From Candidatus Latescibacterota bacterium (GTDB taxonomy: Bacteria; Latescibacterota; UBA2968; UBA8231): DNA of 64,000 nt. The notes under the pieces were generated by a model. That model ran no database searches. It saw only the letters and a list, made by a program, of their open reading frames with translations, and was not told the DNA's origin. This document shows positions 1 through 7,329 of the stretch, piece after piece (position 1 is the stretch's first letter; each line of letters opens with the position of its first letter). The position numbers and the translations under genes are program-made. Location: positions 256,001 through 320,000 of the forward strand of contig CBDAOB010000004.1 of the NCBI GenBank assembly GCA_965197905.1. Reading direction: 5' to 3'.

Positions 1-871
1 AGATATCCGCATGTCCGAGAAGCTCCTGTACATCGCCCAGGTGAGCACCACCCTCCAGAAGGTGGGTGGCAAAGGAATGGCGTAGAGTGTGAGGACTGAT
101 CTCCTTGCCTAGGGACGCCCGATCCGCCGCCGCGCGGATGATTTTCCAGACGCTCATGCGCGAAAGGCTTCCACCCTGGGCATTCAGGAACAGTGAATCT
201 CCCGAATCGGGATGGGCCAGATGCGGGCGGGCGTCGCGAAGGTAACGCCCCACGTGCCCAACCGCATGACTGCCAATGGGGACCTGACGCATGCGTCTGC
301 CGCTTCCCGCGACCTGCAGGAGGCGTCGATCCAGCATAATGTTCGAAGTGGTGACGTTGGTGAGTTCCGAGGCCCGCATCCCTGAAGCGTACAGGAGCTC
401 CAATATCGCCCGGTCGCGTAGACCGAGCGGATCGGTGCTGTCGATCGCCTCCATCAGGCGCTCCACCTCCGCGACCGTGAGGAACTCGGGGAGCTTGCGT
501 TCCAACTTGGGCGAGTCGAGGTTCGCCGCTGGATCGATCGAGGTTTGACCCCGGGTGATGAGAAAGGCGTGAAATCGTTTTATGGAGGTGATATTGCGGG
601 CGATGGTCGCCGGGCTGAGGCGACGCTCGCGCAGAGTGTTGAGCAGCTCCGACACGTGTTGCGGGGCGATCGCTGACGGCGTCGACAATCCCCGTTGGGC
701 GAGGACGCCAAGGTAGCGAATCAGATCGCGTCGATAGGCGGCGATGGTATTGGCGGCCAATCCCATCTCCGCCTCCATTGCAGCCAGAAAATTGTCGAGC
801 GGTGTTTGAAGACCTGCAGGGAGAGGTGCGCCGCCGGTAGCACTACTTTCGGAAGGTTCGGATCCTGTCAT
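1..871 (-). CDS. xerD: XerD/XerC-like site-specific tyrosine recombinase (3' end runs off window)
   Basis: Manual minus-strand translation (absent from ORF track): MTGSEPS...GLAANTIAAYRRDL...LSPATIARNITSIKRFHAFL...PKLERKLPEFLT...RDRAILELLYASGMRASEL...ISPHTLRHSFATHLLEGG...VQELLGHADI. ATG at 871 overlaps the ogt stop; a later ATG start is possible. Confidence 0.9.
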   Translation of the reverse strand, partial: MTGSEPSESSATGGAPLPAGLQTPLDNFLAAMEAEMGLAANTIAAYRRDLIRYLGVLAQRGLSTPSAIAPQHVSELLNTLRERRLSPATIARNITSIKRFHAFLITRGQTSIDPAANLDSPKLERKLPEFLTVAEVERLMEAIDSTDPLGLRDRAILELLYASGMRASELTNVTTSNIMLDRRLLQVAGSGRRMRQVPIGSHAVGHVGRYLRDARPHLAHPDSGDSLFLNAQGGSLSRMSVWKIIRAAADRASLGKEISPHTLRHSFATHLLEGGAHLGDVQELLGHADI

Positions 872-1391
872 TTTCGATGGCGACACCTTCGAGCTCCAGC
901 AACGCCTTCTTCCAGGCAACGCCTGCCGAATATCCCGTGAGCTGGCCGGTTGAGGCAATGACCCGGTGACATGGGAAAATAATCGGCAGCGGATTCTGCC
1001 CGCAGGCGTTGCCCACCGACCTGGCGCTCTGCAGAGGCAGGTCTAGGCGCAGCGCGAGGTCGCCATAGGTCTCGTGGGAGCCGTAAGGTATCTCTTTGAG
1101 TGCCATCCAAACGCGGCGTTGAAAGCCGGTGCCCATGTTCTCGGGAAAGGTAAACTCGAAATCGACTTCCTTGCCTTGGAAGTACGACATCATCTTGGCG
1201 ATCATTTTCTGACCGTTTTCATGCGGAGGCATGTAACGTCTGATGGTAGTGCGCCGATTGGGATCGAAATCGAAAGGCGCCATCTGCACCTTAGTGACGT
1301 TTTCTTCCTGCCACGCCAGACGCACTGTGCCGAACGGGGTAATAATATCGGTAGAGGCCGTAACTTCAGGTTCGGGCGCCCACCTACTCAT
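843..1391 (-). CDS. ogt: Methylated-DNA--protein-cysteine methyltransferase
   Basis: GTGFQRRVW, IPYG...TYG, ARSVGNACGQNPLPIIFPCHRVI (active-site PCHR), GYSAG...KKALLELE. Confidence 0.93.
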   Translation of the reverse strand: MSRWAPEPEVTASTDIITPFGTVRLAWQEENVTKVQMAPFDFDPNRRTTIRRYMPPHENGQKMIAKMMSYFQGKEVDFEFTFPENMGTGFQRRVWMALKEIPYGSHETYGDLALRLDLPLQSARSVGNACGQNPLPIIFPCHRVIASTGQLTGYSAGVAWKKALLELEGVAIENDRIRTFRK

Positions 1392-2512
1392 GGCCGGACC
1401 CTTTTCTCTTCAAGTCGATGCACAGCATTGCTCTTGGCCATCTCCAGCATTGTCAATTTGAGACCACGTCGGGGAGTAGCGATCCGAATCGCCGACTTCG
1501 ACTTTGAGCGCAGCCAATACCGCACTGACTCCTTGTCCGGGAGCGGAGTAGAAACGTGAATCTCAGCCGGAATCGCAGTGGTGTCCAGATAAAACTGGCG
1601 AATGAACGCGGACAGAATCTGACTTTCGTCAATTTCTGCGCAACCGTTCAGGTAGTGGTGCTTCTCTCCTACGAATCGGCCTTCACGAATCTCCAATACG
1701 CTGCAACAGCCCTCCTCGTCGTTCGTGGCAAGACCGAACACGTCGCGGTCTACTGAATCGTCAAAGAATACCTTCTGCCGGGCCCGCGTAGATTCGAGCG
1801 ATGCCAACTGATCGCGAAGGCGGGCAGCCGACTCGTACCTGAGTCCGGCGGCGGCACGTTTCATCTGTCGACGGAGATCGCGGATGACCTCCGAGTTTCG
1901 TCCCTGCAGAAAGCTCCAGGCACGGTCTATGACCGCCGCGTATTCCTCCTTATCAACGAGTCGTTGACACGGACCCTGGCACCGGTGCAAATGGTAGTCC
2001 ATGCACAGCTCCCGCTTCGTTGAAAGCAACTGGCAATCGCAGGTCCGAACTGGGAAGAGCTGGTGCATCACCTTCAGAGTGTTGTCCAAAGCCCGGGCAT
2101 TGGTGAACGGTCCGAGGTACTTGGAGCCGTCATCGACGATATCGCGGGTGGAGAAAATGCGTGGAAACGGCTCGTCGGTACGGCGTACGTATGGCAACCC
2201 CTTGGCGTGTTTCAACCGAACGTTGAATCTGGGTTGTGATTCCCTGATGTGGTGCGCTTCCAGTGCCAACGCTTCCTGTTCCCCAGAGGTCACCAGGTAA
2301 TCCACGCGAGCGACGGTTTCCATGAGCTTGCGAAACCGGCGCCTGCCGTCCGTCTTCGTGCGCCCAAAGTAGGATCGCACCCGCTCATTCAGGTTCTTCG
2401 CCTTCCCCACGTAGATGATGTGACCTTTTAGGTCCTTCATCAGATAGATCCCGGGAGAGGCAGGCATGCCCTCAACCTGGCGGCGCAATTCTCGCGATAT
2501 CTGTCGGCCCAT
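1388..2512 (-). CDS. uvrC: UvrC-like excinuclease, N-terminal half only (GIY-YIG, Cys-rich, UVR coiled coil; no RNaseH or HhH domains)
   Basis: PASPGIYLMKD...IIYVGKAKNLNERVRSYF, EALALE...PRFNVRL, YLGPF, Cys cluster RTC..C..C..C, YESAARLRD; ends at MLEMAKSNA after 374 aa. Confidence 0.88.
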   Translation of the reverse strand: MGRQISRELRRQVEGMPASPGIYLMKDLKGHIIYVGKAKNLNERVRSYFGRTKTDGRRRFRKLMETVARVDYLVTSGEQEALALEAHHIRESQPRFNVRLKHAKGLPYVRRTDEPFPRIFSTRDIVDDGSKYLGPFTNARALDNTLKVMHQLFPVRTCDCQLLSTKRELCMDYHLHRCQGPCQRLVDKEEYAAVIDRAWSFLQGRNSEVIRDLRRQMKRAAAGLRYESAARLRDQLASLESTRARQKVFFDDSVDRDVFGLATNDEEGCCSVLEIREGRFVGEKHHYLNGCAEIDESQILSAFIRQFYLDTTAIPAEIHVSTPLPDKESVRYWLRSKSKSAIRIATPRRGLKLTMLEMAKSNAVHRLEEKRVRP

Positions 2513-2662
2513 CCTCCGTTGTGGTCGCTTCCCGTCGCTGCGAGGGGCGCGTGGGTATTACGTAAACTAAGTATAGTTACCAAGATAGCGCAACAATGGT
2601 CCCATCCTCGAGAGCTCGAAGATGCTATTGCAATCGATCTCAAACGCTAGCTCGATTTCTGA

Positions 2663-2691
2663 TTGACAAAAAAAACGAAGCATAGTAAGTT
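2663..2691 (+). promoter_or_regulatory. Sigma70-type promoter upstream of the giant FN3 protein
   Basis: TTGACA (2663-2668), 17-nt spacer, TAAGTT (2686-2691) in an AT-rich intergenic region. Confidence 0.65.
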
Positions 2692-2901
2692 TGAGGCCCC
2701 TTATGCAACTTTCCCAACGAGTTATGGCATATATTGAACTAGCTACATGAAGTAGAGAGAAACGGGCACCCCCACAGCCCGTAGTAGCAAAGCGCCCGTC
2801 CCTGTCTCCATCTGCCGACCCCGTCCAGGCGGGACCAAAACCTCCTCCTCTCCTCGATCCACCGGTGGAAAACACACCTACCTCTACCAACGGACACAAT
2901 C

Positions 2902-5900
2902 ATGACTAAACCGCTCAGACTCGCTATCTGCGGCCTATGGGTTTTCGCCTCTCCTGCGCTCGGACAGGTTTTCAATCCTCCTTCGGCCATTCGTGCAACC
3001 CAGGGAACCTACACCGACCGGATACGGATCACGTGGGAGGATGTGCCCGGGGTTTTCTCTTACCGGGTCTATCGCAGTACGGAGGAGAATCCTCATCTCC
3101 GGGTTGTGGTCGGCACTCAGTCCGGTACGACGTTCTCGGACTATTCTGCGAAACCCAGCGTCCGCTATCTCTACTGGGTCAAAATCCAGGACTCCGCCGC
3201 CAGCAACGGCGACTTCAGCCCCTCGGCCACCGGCTATTTGCACCTGTCGCGTCTGGGAGCTCCGGTTGTCGCAGTGGTGGGCAGCGACGAAGGTGTTCGG
3301 ATAACCTGGGATGAGCTACTGGGAGCGGAGGAATACGCCGTTTATCGGAGCGCATCGGCGGATACCACTACCGCACAGGTCCTGACGCATGGTTGGTGGA
3401 ACAACAGCTTTCTCGACGAATCGGGGATCCCGGGGGTTCGCTACTACTACTGGGTGAAAGCGTCCCAGGAGCTGGGAGAACATGCGGGAGGTTTTAGCGT
3501 TCGCGCTCAGGGTCGACGGATCCTGCGGGCGCCGCTGGGTGTCGTGGCTTCGTCGGGGCGGTCCAACGGCACCCACATAACGTGGAGCCAGCAGCCCCAT
3601 GCCCAGTACTACCAGGTATATCGCCATGATGAGAACAACACAATCGGTGCCCAGCCGGTAAGCGAATGGCAACTCCAAAGCGAATTCATCGACACCGCTG
3701 CTACCCCCGGAGTGCAGTACTACTATTGGGTACGTGGGGCCATGGATCAAGCTGGCGCTGACGGGAGCGGTCTCAGCGCCTCCACTACCGGCTTTCGCGG
3801 CCTATTGCGTCCAAGAGGTCTCACGGCCGATTCGGACGAGCCCCAAATCGTGCGCCTACGTTGGGATGAGGTTGAAGGGGCCACCCACTACAAGGTGTTT
3901 CGCGGTGCGGATTTCGACCTTCTCTCCGCTGAGGAAATCAGCGACTGGCAGACGACAAGCCAATTTGACGACCCGAGCCTGTCTCCCGGAGATTCCTACT
4001 ACTACTGGGTGAGGGCTGCCACCAGCCCTGGGGGTACGAAGTCGAGTACCTACAGCGAGTCGGCAAGGGGCGTGCGCGTCTTGTCACCGCCATCGGGTCC
4101 GCGGATTACCGCTGCCACGATCGACAACACCGAGTTGGAGTGGGATCAGGTCGAAGGCGCCCGTTATTTCCGCATCTACCGCAGCACCACGCCCGACACA
4201 ACTGCCGCGATTCCAGTGAGCGACTGGCAGCAAGCGCGCTGGTTCGCCGATCTTTCCGCAGCGCCAGGTCTGCGGTACTACTACTGGGTAAAGGCGGCCA
4301 CGACCAACCGGGGCCGCCAGGCAAGTGCCTACGGCGCGACCGTCGATAACCTCCTGAGCATGTCTCCGCCAGAGTCGGTATCGGCCACCCAAGGCACCTA
4401 CGCAGACCGGGTGATCCTCAGTTGGAACGTGGTTTCCCCCACTGCTTACTACCGAATCTATCGCAGCAGGAGCGATGCTCCCGATCTTCGCATCGTCGCC
4501 GGCGACTGGCAACGCCAGACGATCTTTCAGGACGACTATGTAGAATTGGGTGTAGAGTATCACTACTGGATAAAAGCTTCCCCTACAACCACCGGCCAGG
4601 GGGCCAGCAACTTCAGTGCTGAATCATCCGGGTTTCTTGGATCCACCGCGATGCCGCCTCCTACCCTAATCGGAGCCTCGGATGGGGATCACGACGACCG
4701 CATCGAGATCAACTGGGGGACCGTAATAGGAGCGACCCACTATCGGGTGTATCGCGGCCTGGAGGGCGATCCGAATTCAGCCCAGCCATTGGCTACCTGG
4801 CAGACCATATTGACCTACTCCGACCTCACCGCCCAACCCGGCGTGATCTATAAGTACTGGGTGAAAGCCGCCACCAGTTCAACCGGCCATCAACAAGGTG
4901 AGTTCAGCAAAGGAAACAGCGGATTTCGATCCTTGGGAGTTCCGCAGATGCCCACCGTGTCGGAAGGCAATGTGGCCGACGTGGTCGTTCGCTGGACGCC
5001 CATCTTTGGGGCGACCCACTACCGCGTATACCGCAGCACCACCTCTTCGTTCAACGCATCACTGGCGCTCAGCGATTGGCAAGAGGAGCAGGAGTTTGTT
5101 GATCTAGCAGCGGCGCCAGGTCTGACCTACTACTACTGGATCAAAGCGGCCACGGGTGCCTCCGGTCTCAATGCTGGACGAAACAGCGACGGGGTTCAGG
5201 GATATCGTCGACTCGCCCGGCCCGAGGATTTCGATGTGGATTCCGGAGATCCGCAGAAGGTAGCGATCACCTGGGAGAGTCTCGACGGAGCCGGTCTCTA
5301 CCGGGTCTATCGCAGTGCCGAGGCAGATTCTTCGAGCGCAACAACACTGGGCGATTGGCAGGTTGGCAGAACATTTCAGGACGATACCGCGGTCCCCGGC
5401 CAGAACTACTACTACTGGATCCGCTCAGCGACCAACGCGACGCTAGACCGGGTCAGCCCGCTGAGTGCGGCGTTGAGCGGCTATCGTGGCGTGCCGGAAC
5501 CAAACGGACTGGTCTCTACACGCGGCAACCTTGAGCATGTGGAGGTGCAGTGGGATCCGATCAACGGCGCCGACAGCTATCGCCTTTACCGTTCGGATAT
5601 TGCCGATTCCACCCTCGCAGCACCTATCACCGATTGGATGGGAGAGCTCGTATTCGCCGACACCACTTCACAACAAGGCAAGACCTATTTCTATTGGGTC
5701 CGGGCTGCGGCTGGAGACCGACTCGGTCCCTTGAGTGCCGCCACGAACGGTTTCCGCGGGTTGGCAGTAGTGGACCAAGCCGACGTTGTGCCCGGGAGTC
5801 CGGACAAGATTGGGCTCAGCTGGCCGGCCATCTCGGGAGCCTCGCATTTTCAGATCTATCGCGGCACGACACCGGACTCTGCCAAAGCAGCGGCCATCAG

Positions 5901-7329
5901 CGATTGGCAGGTGGATCGGCAGTTCGACGACGCAACCGCTGAGCCAGGCGTCGACTATTACTACTGGATTCGTTCGGCCATCGACGATGCCGGGGCTAAC
6001 CGCAGCAGCCTCGGTCCGGCCTACGGCGGATTCCGTGGACTGGATCGGGCCGGAGTGGTGCAGGCCAGTGCGGGTGAATTGGTGCATGTCCAACTGAGCT
6101 GGGAGACGGTTCCGGGTGCTGACAGATACAAGGTGTATCGGAGCGCGATCAACGATTCGACCAGCGCCGACGAACTGACTTCGTGGCAATCCAGCACGAG
6201 CTTCGTCGACAACTCCGCCACTCCGGGACTCACCTACTACTATTGGGTGCGCGCTGCGACGGACCACACCGGTGAACGAATCGGCTCTCTTAGTACTGCC
6301 GAGGTGGGACACCGCGGTGTGTCGCAACCCACGGGGATCCTCGCTTCCACCGGCAACGCCGACAATATCACCATCGCCTGGGATCCGGTGGAGGGGGGTA
6401 GCTTTTACCGCGTCTACAGGAATCATACCGAGGATGCCAACACCGCTGTTGCCATCAGCTCCTGGCAGTCTTCGACTATTTTCGTCGACCTGATGGCCGA
6501 TCCCGGACAATCTCTGTTTTATTGGGTGCGGGCGGCAGGAAACCAGGTGGGGGAACATGCCAGCGACGTGAGTCCGGTAACGAAGGGGCACCAGGGATTG
6601 TCGTCCCCGGCAAACGTGGTCGCCAGCGGCGGAGATCTTGAGCAGATCGAATTGAGCTGGGATGCCGTCGACGGAGCGACCAGATATTTGATCGTTCGCG
6701 GCACGAACCTCGATCCGACCCTCGCGGTGGAACTGGGTACATGGCAGGCTGAAACGAATCTCGTCGATACCTCAGCGCTGCCAGGCATATCATATCATTA
6801 CTGGATTCGAGCCGGCGTCGAAGGTTCGACCGCAAATACGAGCAGCCTGAGCGAATTCGCCAGCGGCCATCGCGGGCTGCAGGCGCCTCCCACCCTCTTG
6901 GCAACGACCGGAGAGCCGGACAGCGTCGCCTTGAGCTGGCCGACCGTACCGGGAGCGAGCTTCTACCGCGTTCTGCGCAGCACGGCGGACGATACTTCCA
7001 GTGCTCAGGTGCTGGACGCAGGTTGGCACCCCAACGCATTCGCATCTGATCTCACGGCTCTACCCGGACTTAACTACTACTACTGGGCGCAGGCTGCCGT
7101 GGACAGTGCAGGCACCTTTACCAGCATGTTGAGCACCGTTGCGCGGGGGTACGGTTCGATGCTGGCCCCTGCGGATCTGCGCATCGTTTCGGGCCAGGGG
7201 GATATCGGCCTCGAATGGGAGGCGAATGCCGAATTGACATCGTGCGCTACCGCATCTATGCCGGCACTTCGCCCGATTCCACGGCGCTCATTGACTCTGT
7301 GGACGCGGTGCTCAATCCGACTGCCCTGA
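2902..7329 (+). CDS. Giant secreted fibronectin-type-III-like repeat protein, 5' part (frameshifts into 7215..9206 at about 7233)
   Basis: Signal-peptide-like N-terminus MTKPLRLAICGLWVFASPALG; 15 repeats of about 95 aa with W..V.GA..Y.VYR...W...F.D..A.PG..YYYWV(K/R)A. Confidence 0.85.
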   Translation: MTKPLRLAICGLWVFASPALGQVFNPPSAIRATQGTYTDRIRITWEDVPGVFSYRVYRSTEENPHLRVVVGTQSGTTFSDYSAKPSVRYLYWVKIQDSAASNGDFSPSATGYLHLSRLGAPVVAVVGSDEGVRITWDELLGAEEYAVYRSASADTTTAQVLTHGWWNNSFLDESGIPGVRYYYWVKASQELGEHAGGFSVRAQGRRILRAPLGVVASSGRSNGTHITWSQQPHAQYYQVYRHDENNTIGAQPVSEWQLQSEFIDTAATPGVQYYYWVRGAMDQAGADGSGLSASTTGFRGLLRPRGLTADSDEPQIVRLRWDEVEGATHYKVFRGADFDLLSAEEISDWQTTSQFDDPSLSPGDSYYYWVRAATSPGGTKSSTYSESARGVRVLSPPSGPRITAATIDNTELEWDQVEGARYFRIYRSTTPDTTAAIPVSDWQQARWFADLSAAPGLRYYYWVKAATTNRGRQASAYGATVDNLLSMSPPESVSATQGTYADRVILSWNVVSPTAYYRIYRSRSDAPDLRIVAGDWQRQTIFQDDYVELGVEYHYWIKASPTTTGQGASNFSAESSGFLGSTAMPPPTLIGASDGDHDDRIEINWGTVIGATHYRVYRGLEGDPNSAQPLATWQTILTYSDLTAQPGVIYKYWVKAATSSTGHQQGEFSKGNSGFRSLGVPQMPTVSEGNVADVVVRWTPIFGATHYRVYRSTTSSFNASLALSDWQEEQEFVDLAAAPGLTYYYWIKAATGASGLNAGRNSDGVQGYRRLARPEDFDVDSGDPQKVAITWESLDGAGLYRVYRSAEADSSSATTLGDWQVGRTFQDDTAVPGQNYYYWIRSATNATLDRVSPLSAALSGYRGVPEPNGLVSTRGNLEHVEVQWDPINGADSYRLYRSDIADSTLAAPITDWMGELVFADTTSQQGKTYFYWVRAAAGDRLGPLSAATNGFRGLAVVDQADVVPGSPDKIGLSWPAISGASHFQIYRGTTPDSAKAAAISDWQVDRQFDDATAEPGVDYYYWIRSAIDDAGANRSSLGPAYGGFRGLDRAGVVQASAGELVHVQLSWETVPGADRYKVYRSAINDSTSADELTSWQSSTSFVDNSATPGLTYYYWVRAATDHTGERIGSLSTAEVGHRGVSQPTGILASTGNADNITIAWDPVEGGSFYRVYRNHTEDANTAVAISSWQSSTIFVDLMADPGQSLFYWVRAAGNQVGEHASDVSPVTKGHQGLSSPANVVASGGDLEQIELSWDAVDGATRYLIVRGTNLDPTLAVELGTWQAETNLVDTSALPGISYHYWIRAGVEGSTANTSSLSEFASGHRGLQAPPTLLATTGEPDSVALSWPTVPGASFYRVLRSTADDTSSAQVLDAGWHPNAFASDLTALPGLNYYYWAQAAVDSAGTFTSMLSTVARGYGSMLAPADLRIVSGQGDIGLEWEANAELTSCATASMPALRPIPRRSLTLWTRCSIRLP

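Noticed and set aside
1..871. Integrase marking a prophage or genomic island
   Set aside because: Motifs are XerD-like, and no phage, att, tRNA or conjugation genes are present.
2550..2585. Possible dif site near the xerD-like gene
   Set aside because: AT-rich and partly palindromic, but lacks the TTATGTTAAA-type XerD arm and the 11-6-11 layout.
7225..7245. Programmed ribosomal frameshift
   Set aside because: No X XXY YYZ slippery site; a one-base loss explains it more simply.
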